In this document: one piece after another, positions 7,359 to 16,795 of the stretch | How positions within the stretch are numbered: the first letter of the stretch is position 1 | Layout of the letters: each line of letters starts with the position of its first letter | From: a virus | Taxonomy: Duplodnaviria; Caudoviricetes | DNA length: 47,906 nucleotides | IMG/VR virus record: IMGVR_UViG_3300027759_000132 | Coordinates: 1-47,906 of that record | Reading direction: 5' to 3' (one strand) | Position numbers and translations under genes: made by a program | Notes under the pieces: generated by a model | What the model was told of the DNA's origin: nothing | The model's database searches: none | Seen by the model: the letters and a program-made list of their open reading frames with translations, nothing else

Positions 7359-8381
7359 ATGACTGATCGTACACAATTCGAGCAAATGCTCGAGGCTTTG
7401 ATTAATGAAGATAAATCAACAGCCCAAGAAATATTCCATAACATCGTAGTAGCAAAATCTCGCGAAATCTATGAAGAATTATTAGAAAGCGATTTTGGTA
7501 AAGATGATGACAAACAAGAAGATGAATCAGCAGATGATTCAGCAGATGATTCAGCAGATGATTCAGCAGAAGGCGATGACTTCAGCGCAGACGATGCAAC
7601 TGATGACATGATCGGTGACGTTGATGCAGACAGCGAAGAAGATTCAGCAGAACCAGAAGGTGACGTTGAAGATCGCGTACAAGATTTAGAAGATGCTTTA
7701 GAAGATCTAAAAGCAGAATTCGAACAGCTAATGGCTGGCGAAGAAGGCGGCGAAATGCCAGCAGACGACATGGGCATGGACGACATGGGCGACGAAGAAA
7801 TGCCAGCAGACGACATGGGCGGCGATGAGTTTGGCGCAGAAGATCCAAGCATTGAAGACGAAAGCATGGGAATGGACGCAGGCGGTCAAACATTGAACGT
7901 TAAGCACACATTTGCAGAAGATGACGAACAATTGATTCGTGAGTACATTGAAAAAGTTGGAACAAACTGGGAAAGCTATAATGCAGGTGAAGGCGGCCAT
8001 GTAGGCGCACAAGCTGGTAGCGTAACTGGTTCAACAAACACCAAGTCAATTGTTGCAGGTAAGAACGATATGGGTGGCACTTCTAAGAACATGACCCAAG
8101 GCGGCGTAGAAGTTAAAGCTGATATTGGCGCTCGTTCAACAGTTCAAGGCAATGGCGTAATGAAACCAAACGTAGTTCCTAACCCAGATGCTAAAGGTAA
8201 CATTAATGTTCCAGGCGGCAAAGCTGGTAAGACTGGTTTCAAAACACAAGTTAAAGGTGGTGGTATCGACCGTCAATCAGGTTTTAACAAACCAGGTGGC
8301 ATGGCAGGTGCTGGCACAGGCGAGATGGGCGGACAACGCGGTGAGCAATTGACCAAAAGTCCACTTAACGCACGTAAGTAA
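7359..8381 (+). CDS. Highly acidic prohead core/scaffold-like protein
   Basis: Asp/Glu-rich low-complexity N-half with a coiled coil (VEDRVQDLEDALEDLKAEFEQLM); Gly/Lys-rich C-half; located in the head module. Confidence 0.65.
   Translation: MTDRTQFEQMLEALINEDKSTAQEIFHNIVVAKSREIYEELLESDFGKDDDKQEDESADDSADDSADDSAEGDDFSADDATDDMIGDVDADSEEDSAEPEGDVEDRVQDLEDALEDLKAEFEQLMAGEEGGEMPADDMGMDDMGDEEMPADDMGGDEFGAEDPSIEDESMGMDAGGQTLNVKHTFAEDDEQLIREYIEKVGTNWESYNAGEGGHVGAQAGSVTGSTNTKSIVAGKNDMGGTSKNMTQGGVEVKADIGARSTVQGNGVMKPNVVPNPDAKGNINVPGGKAGKTGFKTQVKGGGIDRQSGFNKPGGMAGAGTGEMGGQRGEQLTKSPLNARK
7521..7568 (+). repeat. In-frame 12-bp tandem repeat x4 (GATGAWTCAGCA; DESA/DDSA)
   Basis: Four copies read directly, the first with one mismatch. 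Confidence 0.9.
7752..7820 (+). repeat. 24-bp direct repeat (EMPADDMG) at 7752-7775 and 7797-7820
   Basis: gaaatgccagcagacgacatgggc occurs twice, identical. Confidence 0.9.
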
Positions 8382-8404
8382 TTAAAAAGAGACTATACTA
8401 AAGT

Positions 8405-9034
8405 ATGTCACTATACCTCCGAGAGAATCTCAGTTTCAACGAAGCAAAAATGGTCGTTGAGTCTGATGACAAAGATGGGAAAAGTTTATACATGTCCGGG
8501 ATTTGTATCCAGGGCGGTATAAAAAACGCCAACCAGCGTGTTTACCCAGTGCAAGAGATTGGCAAGGCTGTCAAAACCCTTAACGATCAGATTCAAAACG
8601 GCTATTCAGTTCTCGGAGAAGTGGATCATCCAGATGATCTAAAAATAAATTTGGACCGCGTAAGTCACATGATAACAAATATGTGGATGGACGGCCCAAA
8701 TGGTTACGGCAAACTTAAAATTTTGCCAACTCCTATGGGGCAACTAATTCGCACAATGCTGGAAAGCGGAGTGAAATTAGGTGTCTCCAGCAGGGGGTCC
8801 GGTAACGTCAAGAGTGACGGGTCCGGTGAAGTATCAGATTTTGAGATCATCACAGTAGATATGGTGGCTCAACCTAGTGCTCCAGGAGCATACCCTACAC
8901 CAATTTATGAACACCTTATGAATAATAAGGGCGGATTAAGTGCCTTACGCATAGCGCAAGAGGTGAAAGGTGATCCTAAAGCACAGAAATATCTCAAAGA
9001 GAGCTTATTGTCAATAATAAGCAAACTCCAATAA
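8405..9034 (+). CDS. gp21: Prohead core protease (T4 gp21 family)
   Basis: N.NQRVYP, GEVDHP, RVSH, LGVSSRGSG (catalytic Ser), DMVAQPSAPGAYP. Confidence 0.95.
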   Translation: MSLYLRENLSFNEAKMVVESDDKDGKSLYMSGICIQGGIKNANQRVYPVQEIGKAVKTLNDQIQNGYSVLGEVDHPDDLKINLDRVSHMITNMWMDGPNGYGKLKILPTPMGQLIRTMLESGVKLGVSSRGSGNVKSDGSGEVSDFEIITVDMVAQPSAPGAYPTPIYEHLMNNKGGLSALRIAQEVKGDPKAQKYLKESLLSIISKLQ

Positions 9035-9046
9035 AAGGAGAATCAC

Positions 9047-10147
9047 ATGTTGGAAGCACTTAAATCTTTATTTGAAAACAACGTGATTTCTGAAGAGATC
9101 CAAGCTGAACTTGAAAAGGCTTTCGAGACTCGTTTATCCGAGTCACGTCAAGTACTAACTCAAGAACTACGCGAAGAATTTTCACAAAAATACGAACATG
9201 ACAAACAAGTTATGATTGACGCGGTCGATACAATGATCAGCGAACAATTAGCACAAGAGATTGTCGAATTTACAGAAGATCGTAATCAACTAGCTGAAAT
9301 GAAAGCAAAATATGCTGTCAAGATGAAGAAAGATGCAGAGACAATGAAGGAATTCGTTACTCGTCAACTAGCTTCTGAAGTTTTAGAGTTGCATGAAGAT
9401 CAAAAAGTAATGGCAAGCAAGTTTGGAATGTTGGAAAGTTTCGTAGTAGAAGCATTGGCCCAAGAAATTACAGAGTTTTACAAAGACAAGCAAGACCTTG
9501 CTGAGACCAAGGTACGTTTAGTCCGTGAAGGACGTCAACAACTTGCACAAGTAAAAGAGAAATTTGTCCAACGTGCGGCAAAGATGGTTGATTCACTAGT
9601 AACAGAAAGTTTAACAACTGAACTTACTAGCTTGAAAGAAGACATCGAGTCAGCACGTAAATCAGATTTTGGTCGTAAGATGTTTGAAGCTTTTGCTTCA
9701 GAATATCAGACTAGTTACTTAAATGAGAAATCAGAAACTGCGAAATTGCTCAAAGTCATAGACTTGAAAACAGCTGAACTTACAGAAGCGCAAGCACATG
9801 TTATTTTAGCACAAAAGGTAATAGAAAGCAAGAAAGCAGAAACAACACGTTTAGGCGAAAGCATTGAACGTCAAAAGATCATGAACGAATTACTTGCACC
9901 ACTTAACGGTGAGCAAAAAGTAATTATGAGTGAATTAATGGAGAGCGTGAAAACAGCAAAACTAGTTGATAGTTTTGACAAGTATCTACCTACTGTTATA
10001 GCAGGTAATGCTCCACAAAAACAAAAACAGGCACTAACTGAGGCAAAAGAAATCACAGGAAACAAAGTTTCCAACACCAATCGTAGCAGTGAGAGCGAAA
10101 ACAATAACATTATTGATATCCGCCGTCTTGCTGGACTAAAAATTTAA
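9047..10147 (+). CDS. gp22: Prohead core scaffold protein (T4 gp22-like)
   Basis: Long Glu/Lys coiled coil between protease and capsid; FGRKMFEAFASEY motif. Confidence 0.8.
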   Translation: MLEALKSLFENNVISEEIQAELEKAFETRLSESRQVLTQELREEFSQKYEHDKQVMIDAVDTMISEQLAQEIVEFTEDRNQLAEMKAKYAVKMKKDAETMKEFVTRQLASEVLELHEDQKVMASKFGMLESFVVEALAQEITEFYKDKQDLAETKVRLVREGRQQLAQVKEKFVQRAAKMVDSLVTESLTTELTSLKEDIESARKSDFGRKMFEAFASEYQTSYLNEKSETAKLLKVIDLKTAELTEAQAHVILAQKVIESKKAETTRLGESIERQKIMNELLAPLNGEQKVIMSELMESVKTAKLVDSFDKYLPTVIAGNAPQKQKQALTEAKEITGNKVSNTNRSSESENNNIIDIRRLAGLKI

Positions 10148-10158
10148 GGAGAATTTAA

Positions 10159-11334
10159 ATGTCAGAACTACTAAACGGACGTTGGGCAGAAACTAAGGAA
10201 GCACTTTTAGAAGGCCTAAACGGCACTAAAAAATCAGTAATGTCGGTTACACTAGAAAATACTCGCAAGTATTTGATGGAATCCCCAACAGCTGGTGCTA
10301 CCTCTGCCGGTAACGTTGCCACACTAAATCGCGTAATCCTTCCAGTGATTCGCCGCGTTATGCCTACAGTCATTGCTAATGAACTAGTTGGCGTACAACC
10401 AATGACTGGTCCAGTTGGACAAATTCACACATTACGTGTGCGTTATGCAGACTCTTCAAACAGCACAGTAGCTGGTGAAGAAGCATTGAGTCCATTCAAG
10501 ATTGCAGAAGCTTACTCAGGAAACGACGTTTCCGCAGGTGCCGCCGCTAAAGCCGCTAGTACAGCAACTTTAGAAGGTCAAGCTGGTAAGCGTATGTCAA
10601 TTCAAATCTTGAAGCAAACTGTTGAAGCAAAGACTCGTAAGTTATCAGCTCGCTGGACTTTCGAAGCCGCGCAAGATGCACAAGCTCAACAAGGTATTGA
10701 CGTAGAAGCAGAAATTATGGCCGCTTTAGCACAAGAAATTACTGCTGAAATCGACCAAGAAGTATTGGCTAGCTTGCTTTCATTAGCAGGTACAGCTACA
10801 CAGACTTATGACCAAGCCGCTGTATCTGGTACAGCTACATTCGTTGGTGACGAGCATGCCGCATTGGCAGTTCAAATCAACCGTGTTGCTAACTTGATCG
10901 CTCAGCGTACACGTCGTGGTGCTGGTAACTATGCTGTTGTTAGCCCATTTGCATTGACAATCCTACAATCTGCTACTACAAGCGCATTTGCTCGTACAAC
11001 AGAAGGCGTTTTCGAAGCTCCAACAAACACCAAGTATGTTGGTACATTGAACAATGCTATGAAGGTTTATGTAAACAGCTATGCCGGTGACTCACAAGAC
11101 ATTCTTGTTGGTTACAAAGGTTCTAGCGAGTCAGATGCACCAGCGTTCTATTGCCCATACATTCCATTGATGAGCAGTGGCGTTGTTTTAGATCCATCAA
11201 CATTTGAACCAGTCGTATCATTCATGACACGTTATGGCTATGTTGAATTGTCTAACACAGCATCTTCTCTAGGTAATGCGGCTGACTACTTAGGTCGTGT
11301 TGCTATTACTTCAGGTAACGTTAAATTCAGTTAA
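10159..11334 (+). CDS. gp23: Major capsid protein (T4 gp23 family)
   Basis: IRRVMP..IA.ELVGVQPMTGP, VEAKTRKL.A.WT.E.AQD, AFYCPYIPL, FMTRYG; strong SD TAAGGAG. Confidence 0.97.
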   Translation: MSELLNGRWAETKEALLEGLNGTKKSVMSVTLENTRKYLMESPTAGATSAGNVATLNRVILPVIRRVMPTVIANELVGVQPMTGPVGQIHTLRVRYADSSNSTVAGEEALSPFKIAEAYSGNDVSAGAAAKAASTATLEGQAGKRMSIQILKQTVEAKTRKLSARWTFEAAQDAQAQQGIDVEAEIMAALAQEITAEIDQEVLASLLSLAGTATQTYDQAAVSGTATFVGDEHAALAVQINRVANLIAQRTRRGAGNYAVVSPFALTILQSATTSAFARTTEGVFEAPTNTKYVGTLNNAMKVYVNSYAGDSQDILVGYKGSSESDAPAFYCPYIPLMSSGVVLDPSTFEPVVSFMTRYGYVELSNTASSLGNAADYLGRVAITSGNVKFS

Positions 11335-11363
11335 TCTGAAAGTAACATTATTGTTATAAGACT

Positions 11364-11390
11364 AAGGACTTCTTCGGAAGTCCTTTTTCG
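11364..11390 (+). terminator. Intrinsic terminator after the capsid gene
   Basis: aaggacttc-TTCG-gaagtcctt stem with cUUCGg tetraloop and T-tract. Confidence 0.92.
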
Positions 11391-11396
11391 TTTCCA

Positions 11397-11471
11397 GCTA
11401 AATACATAGTAATGATCCACATGGTGTGGATTTTATGCGGATATCCAACCGCGTACGGCCTAGAACGCCGT
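11397..11471 (+). promoter_or_regulatory. Late promoter (GCTAAATA) plus three-hairpin 5' leader
   Basis: Stems 11415-11431, 11434-11455 and 11455-11471 upstream of SD TAAGGAG. Confidence 0.6.
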
Positions 11472-11493
11472 TATTTCTTAAGGAGAAAATAAA

Positions 11494-12462
11494 ATGGGAC
11501 GTCCTTTAGCAAAAAGATTTTTTGGTGCTAGCGGTGTAAGTAGTCTAGGTGGTGAATTAGTATCCACACTAGCATTTACAGCGGCTAACAACTCAAGTGG
11601 TTTTACCAACGGTTCAACAACTCAAGCAACATTCAGCGCACCGCAGATTGCAGGTGGTACTACAGCAACTGGTACAATCGTAACTGGTCCAGCTGGCGCA
11701 ATTTTACAACTAACAGCTGGTAACGGTAGTGGCACAACACTAACAGGTTCAGGTACAGCAGTAGCAGTAACACAAACATTTACTGGACTAGTTCAAAAAG
11801 CAACTAACGGTTCAGGTTCAGGCGCTGTGTTCACAGTGGCACGTACTGGAGGTACTAGCTACGGTGCTAACACTACAGTAACTTGTACCACAGCAGGAAC
11901 TGGTTATGTTTCTGGTAACACAGTTACTATTGACGGCGCACTATTAGGTGGTGTTACTACAACAAACGATTTGACAGTTACTCTGGGCGGTTCGGTTGCT
12001 ACTACTGGCACAATTACCAGTATTACAATTACCAATGTTGGTTCAGGTTATACAACTGCTCCAACACTAAGCTACTCAACTGGTACAATTGGTACATTGA
12101 CTATCACTGCATCTTTAACAAGTTCACAGCAAGACGCTATTGTTTGTCAAGGTATCACAAGTGGTTCAACAAATCGTACAACTGGTAACGACATTATCAA
12201 GCAAGTGTCAACTCGTCGTTATAGAATTCAAACTCAAGACGGTACAGCAGTTTGTACATTAAAAGCAAGTGCTCCATCAGCGGCTGGCGAAATGGCTATT
12301 GTTGCCACTGATGCTAGTTCTGGCACTTACTATGTTACTAAGTTGACAAAAAACAGAGCAACATTAACACGCGGTACAGGCACAGTTTATACTGATGGTG
12401 CGTCAGTTCCTTGGACTTTTGGAACTGCTGATGCTAACACATGTAAGATTCCAAGTGCTTAA
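11494..12462 (+). CDS. Virion structural protein, possibly head decoration/fibre
   Basis: First gene after the capsid, with its own promoter and strong SD; MGRPL.K..FG start; Thr/Gly-rich; G.GY repeats. Confidence 0.7.
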   Translation: MGRPLAKRFFGASGVSSLGGELVSTLAFTAANNSSGFTNGSTTQATFSAPQIAGGTTATGTIVTGPAGAILQLTAGNGSGTTLTGSGTAVAVTQTFTGLVQKATNGSGSGAVFTVARTGGTSYGANTTVTCTTAGTGYVSGNTVTIDGALLGGVTTTNDLTVTLGGSVATTGTITSITITNVGSGYTTAPTLSYSTGTIGTLTITASLTSSQQDAIVCQGITSGSTNRTTGNDIIKQVSTRRYRIQTQDGTAVCTLKASAPSAAGEMAIVATDASSGTYYVTKLTKNRATLTRGTGTVYTDGASVPWTFGTADANTCKIPSA

Positions 12463-12467
12463 TAACT

Positions 12468-12493
12468 AACAGGGGAGCGCAAGCTCCCTGTTT
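12468..12493 (+). terminator. GCAA-tetraloop hairpin; weak terminator or stabiliser
   Basis: aacaggggagc-GCAA-gctccctgttt with one bulge and a short T tail. Confidence 0.6.
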
Positions 12494-12503
12494 AGGATAA
12501 CTA

Positions 12504-13772
12504 ATGTCAAGAATAGTAAAAATAAATAACGGAGACTACAAAGTCGTTGTAGGAACCAATGCCACACCTGCTAATATCGTATTAGATACAGTGGGCAATG
12601 CTGGCGCGGCATTAAATTATGGCAGTGTGACCATTAACGGAAATTTAAACGTTAAAGGTGCAACAACTTATGTTGAATCTGTAAACAGTTATGTTAAAGA
12701 TGTTATTTTTGAATTAAATTATAATCCTGCGGATACAGTTACTTCAGGCATTAGTGCGGCAAACAATTATCGTTCAGGAATTCAAATCAATCGCGGTGTG
12801 TTATCAGCCGCCCAATTTATTTTTGATGAATCTGTTACTCATTACGATCCTAATTTAGGTACTAGTGCTCCAGGTTCATTTGTAGCACGTACCGCAGACG
12901 GAGTATTGACCAGTGTGCAACTGGCCGCGGTGGGTACTCAAGCAGGGTTTGATATTAACTTTGACTTGAACAATACAGTAAACGTTTTAAGTATTGCTCG
13001 CGGTATAGCTACTGTGGGCAATGTTCCTTATTATAGTCGTGTAACTCAAGATGACCATATTCCTAATAGAAAATTTGTTACAAATTATGTAGCGGCTGGA
13101 GCATTTTTACCAGGCGTTGCAGACGTTAATCAAATTTATTCTGGCGACACAACAATTCGAGTTTTTGATTCAAGTGTTAGTGCAACCAGAGTAGCAACAT
13201 TAACAGGTGCGGCTATTTCAGGAGCTAATCCAGGAATATTAACATTTACAGCATCAACTGGTGACACAGTACAAGCAGGTATGTTATTAAGTGGTGGCGG
13301 CGTTACAGGCGGCACTTATATAGTTTCTGGTAGCGGACTTAATTGGACTTTAAACCAAGCGGCCAGCGGAGTTCCAACAGTAGGAACCTATACAGAACCG
13401 TTCAGTCCATCGGATCCAAGCCCAATTGCTGAAACAAGCCAAGTGGTATTTACAGTAGACGGCACCATAAGAGCACAGTTAAACAACAATGGTTTTTATA
13501 TTGATAATATTAAAATTAAAACCAATACAATTAAAAATTATGATGGCTCTAACGATTTAGTGTTAGGAGCAAACAACGGCAACATTCAAGTAGCGGCCAC
13601 GCTGACTCTTAATAACCAATCACTGCCAACATATACAACTGGCGGTACAAAAGTTTATTCAAATAGCAGTCCAGGACCAGGAAAGTCTGGAATATTTTTT
13701 GTAAATAGTACAAACTATGCTGACGAACTAGTGGCTAAGAATAGAGCATTACTTTTAAGTATGATATTTTAA
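12504..13772 (+). CDS. Virion structural/fibre protein
   Basis: V.INGNL.V.G.TT.V.S....VKD..F.LN and SGIQINRG segments typical of phage fibres; ends in hydrophobic helix RALLLSMIF. Confidence 0.7.
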   Translation: MSRIVKINNGDYKVVVGTNATPANIVLDTVGNAGAALNYGSVTINGNLNVKGATTYVESVNSYVKDVIFELNYNPADTVTSGISAANNYRSGIQINRGVLSAAQFIFDESVTHYDPNLGTSAPGSFVARTADGVLTSVQLAAVGTQAGFDINFDLNNTVNVLSIARGIATVGNVPYYSRVTQDDHIPNRKFVTNYVAAGAFLPGVADVNQIYSGDTTIRVFDSSVSATRVATLTGAAISGANPGILTFTASTGDTVQAGMLLSGGGVTGGTYIVSGSGLNWTLNQAASGVPTVGTYTEPFSPSDPSPIAETSQVVFTVDGTIRAQLNNNGFYIDNIKIKTNTIKNYDGSNDLVLGANNGNIQVAATLTLNNQSLPTYTTGGTKVYSNSSPGPGKSGIFFVNSTNYADELVAKNRALLLSMIF

Positions 13773-13781
13773 GGATAGAAC

Positions 13782-14384
13782 ATGGCATTAACTTGTACAG
13801 CAATTAACGCGGCAAACACAACATTATATACTAGCAGTGGTAATAATGCAATCACTACTTTGATTGTTTCAAATGTAAACACTTACAGCGCGGCAACTCC
13901 AACTATTGGACAAAGCAATTTGAATTTGTTTATAGTTCCAGGCGGCGGAACACCTAATTTTAGCAATTTAATTGTTAGCGCACTGCCATTGCCAGCAGGG
14001 GAAACATTTACATTTGACAATGAAAAAATTGTTATGAGTAACGGCGACTCTTTGGTAGCAACATCAAGTGCTCCTACAGGAATTACTGCCAACGCTGTGA
14101 GTGTGACAATAACAAGCTACAGTGCAAAAAGCGGAACAGGACCGTATCTAGTGACTTTTAATATTCCAACAACAGCCAGTTTAGCCACAAGCGGTGGAGT
14201 TGGTTCTTATTTTAGTATAATTGGTAATGCCAATGCACTTTATAATGGAGTGTACTTGTGTACAGCAAGTACTAATACAACAATTCAATTAAGTTACACA
14301 GCAGATCCGGGTGTGTACGGTGCTGGAACAACTTACTTAAACATCAGTAGTTTAGTAGCTACTGTAAGTACATTGAGTGTATAA
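13782..14384 (+). CDS. Small beta-rich virion protein with an internal inserted module
   Basis: TTLYTS...AITT.IV.N...LPAGETFTFDNEKIVM.NGD core, similar in pattern to 18518 and 38433. Confidence 0.65.
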   Translation: MALTCTAINAANTTLYTSSGNNAITTLIVSNVNTYSAATPTIGQSNLNLFIVPGGGTPNFSNLIVSALPLPAGETFTFDNEKIVMSNGDSLVATSSAPTGITANAVSVTITSYSAKSGTGPYLVTFNIPTTASLATSGGVGSYFSIIGNANALYNGVYLCTASTNTTIQLSYTADPGVYGAGTTYLNISSLVATVSTLSV

Positions 14385-15538
14385 TGCGATTTTTAAGAAA
14401 TATAAACCTTAATCCTAAAGCACCACACGATCAGCGACTGGTTATTACCAAAGCTGACGAAGTGCAGTTTAATACACAAGCCAGTTTAAAATTGCCTAGT
14501 GGTAGTACGGCTCAACGTGCTGTAAGTCCCACTGCGGGTATGATGCGTCTTAACACTGACACTAATCAAGTTGAAATTTATCAAAGTTCTAGTTGGCGCA
14601 GTCTTCGTTATAAAGAAAGCGGTGCAATTGCCCTACAAAATTTAGGCAACGGTGACGGCATTAGTACGTTATACGGCCCGTTGAGTCCAGCACCACCTAG
14701 TGTATCACAAAGTGGATATACTTGGACTGGCGCAAATTTAATGATATACGTTGAGAATGTATTTCAGTTATTCAACACAAACTATTTGATTGCACAAAAT
14801 CCAACAGTCAATGCAACCGTGAACACTATAGCTAACAGTGGTGCAACTAGTATTATTTTAAATAGCGTGGCTGATATTATTGTTGGATCAGCAATTACAA
14901 CAACATCTCCAACTACAACAGTATCAACAACAGTTAATACTACCGCAGTTACCGCAACTTACGTTAGCGGCGGCGTAGCCAGTACAACTATGGCGGTTAC
15001 TGCAAAAAGCGGTACATTTGTAGATGGCCAAAAGATTGTTAATACTGCTGGATTTTTAAGCGGACAATATATTGCTAGCGGTTCGGCAACTACTAGTTTT
15101 GTTTTAAATGCAGTGGCAAACACACAACCAAGCGGTACTATTACATTTGCATCGTGGGGCGGCAGTACCAATTTGATTGTTGCCAGCACTGCTGGTATTG
15201 TTGCAGGAATGTTTGTAAACGGCATTGGATTCAATAGCGGACAAACTGTTATTAGTGCTTCAGGATCTGTCGTAGTTTTAAGCGCACCACCAGATTCAAC
15301 TCCTACCGGAACTGTGATTTTTACAAGTAGCGCAAGCGGAACGGTATTTGCGGCCAGTACTATAGTCACAGCAGTTAATGGATACACTAACACAATTACA
15401 ATTAATAATGCTACCACAGCTTCACTTGCTGTTGGTAGAGATATTACTATGACATTGCCTACAGGATACTATGTTCGCTTTACAGGTCCAGCGGCCGCAA
15501 CAAAACCAATCACAGTCATCTCAGGTTTTGACAGTTAA
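14384..15538 (+). CDS. Virion structural/fibre protein
   Basis: LKLPSGSTAQR...GMMRLNTD...EIY...W module; Thr/Ser-rich beta modules; TAATG coupling with the previous gene. Confidence 0.7.
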   Translation: MRFLRNINLNPKAPHDQRLVITKADEVQFNTQASLKLPSGSTAQRAVSPTAGMMRLNTDTNQVEIYQSSSWRSLRYKESGAIALQNLGNGDGISTLYGPLSPAPPSVSQSGYTWTGANLMIYVENVFQLFNTNYLIAQNPTVNATVNTIANSGATSIILNSVADIIVGSAITTTSPTTTVSTTVNTTAVTATYVSGGVASTTMAVTAKSGTFVDGQKIVNTAGFLSGQYIASGSATTSFVLNAVANTQPSGTITFASWGGSTNLIVASTAGIVAGMFVNGIGFNSGQTVISASGSVVVLSAPPDSTPTGTVIFTSSASGTVFAASTIVTAVNGYTNTITINNATTASLAVGRDITMTLPTGYYVRFTGPAAATKPITVISGFDS

Positions 15539-15548
15539 GGAGTAGCTG

Positions 15549-16673
15549 ATGGCTCTCGATTTAACGCCAGAATATGCACAAAGTCTAGGCCGAATTAGCG
15601 GACCATTACTGTCGCCTAACTTGGAATTCCAAGGCGATGATATACAATTTGATACTGATTTATTATACATAGACGTTGTTAACAAACGTATTGGTATCAA
15701 TAATTATGGTACTAGCCCTGAAACATTATATCTTGGAAATGTCACAGGCGATCAGTCACTATTTTCAACAAATTTAATAGTAGATGGCGTTACCACAACA
15801 AATTCTAATTGGACTATTAGTAGCAATACTATACAGTTATCTAGCGGTGTATTATATCTAACTCCTAATCAAACCAGCAATCCAACTATTACAGCTAACG
15901 GTGTTGGTAGTGCAAACGTCAACATCACTGACAGATTACTTGCTACTAAAAACATAAACGAGAGCTTATACCTAACTCCGGATAATATTGGTATTGTTCA
16001 AGTTACTGGTAATATGCAAGTCACCGGAGTCGGCAGTTTAACTTATGTCACTGGTAACGTGACAGTTGATGGTAATTACATTGCTGGCAGTGTAATTAAT
16101 TTAGGCGATGCTACAAGTGATACTATTACATTCACAGCAGACGAAAATTCAAATCTAGTACCTAGTGCTAATAATACTTACAATCTTGGATCTGCTACAA
16201 AATATTGGAATAATTTATACGGCACAACGTTAACAGGAACTGGAGTATTGGCCACAACTGCTGTGCTTGGCGGAATAAACCTTACTGGTAATATAATTTC
16301 TAGTGCTAACAACACTCTTGATATTACTATTAACCCTGCGGGAACAGGCAATGTAACATTTAATGGATTAGTACCATTTACTGGTAATAACATTAATAAT
16401 AACACAACTAGAATTTATAATGCTCCGTATTATCTGTTGTCAACTAGCGATGGATATATTAATTTTACAGGCAATAACGGTATTGTTTTTCCAATAGGAA
16501 CTAGTAATCAACGCAATACTGCAATATTAGGCACCACTCGATACAATACAGATCTTGGACATCTTGAAATTTATAACGGCACTAGCTGGCAAAACAGTCT
16601 AGGAAGTATTCCGTTAGCAACTGCTACAGATGTCAGCGACTCTGCTGTAATTTACGACCTTATACTAGGTTAA
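15549..16673 (+). CDS. Fibre-like structural protein (paralog of 16796)
   Basis: LGRISGPLL..NL N-terminus; GN..V.G repeats; P.GT..QR...G..RYNTD C-terminal module. Confidence 0.7.
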   Translation: MALDLTPEYAQSLGRISGPLLSPNLEFQGDDIQFDTDLLYIDVVNKRIGINNYGTSPETLYLGNVTGDQSLFSTNLIVDGVTTTNSNWTISSNTIQLSSGVLYLTPNQTSNPTITANGVGSANVNITDRLLATKNINESLYLTPDNIGIVQVTGNMQVTGVGSLTYVTGNVTVDGNYIAGSVINLGDATSDTITFTADENSNLVPSANNTYNLGSATKYWNNLYGTTLTGTGVLATTAVLGGINLTGNIISSANNTLDITINPAGTGNVTFNGLVPFTGNNINNNTTRIYNAPYYLLSTSDGYINFTGNNGIVFPIGTSNQRNTAILGTTRYNTDLGHLEIYNGTSWQNSLGSIPLATATDVSDSAVIYDLILG

Positions 16674-16685
16674 AAACTCCAAACC

Positions 16686-16790
16686 GCTAAATACTATTAC
16701 TGTAAGAACTGACCAAGTTTTTACGATACTCAACAGCGAGGCCCGCTATGCAAGGTGGCTATATCCGTGAAATTCGGTGGTAAAGGAGAG
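16686..16790 (+). promoter_or_regulatory. Late promoter (GCTAAATA) plus structured ~100-nt leader
   Basis: Stems 16702-16710/16716-16724, 16735-16738/16744-16747, 16765-16767/16775-16777, then AAGGAG. Confidence 0.5.
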
Positions 16791-16795
16791 GCAGG

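Noticed and set aside
7521-7568. 12-bp repeats as iterons or a regulatory array
   Set aside because: They are in-frame within an acidic low-complexity coding region and are best explained by replication slippage.
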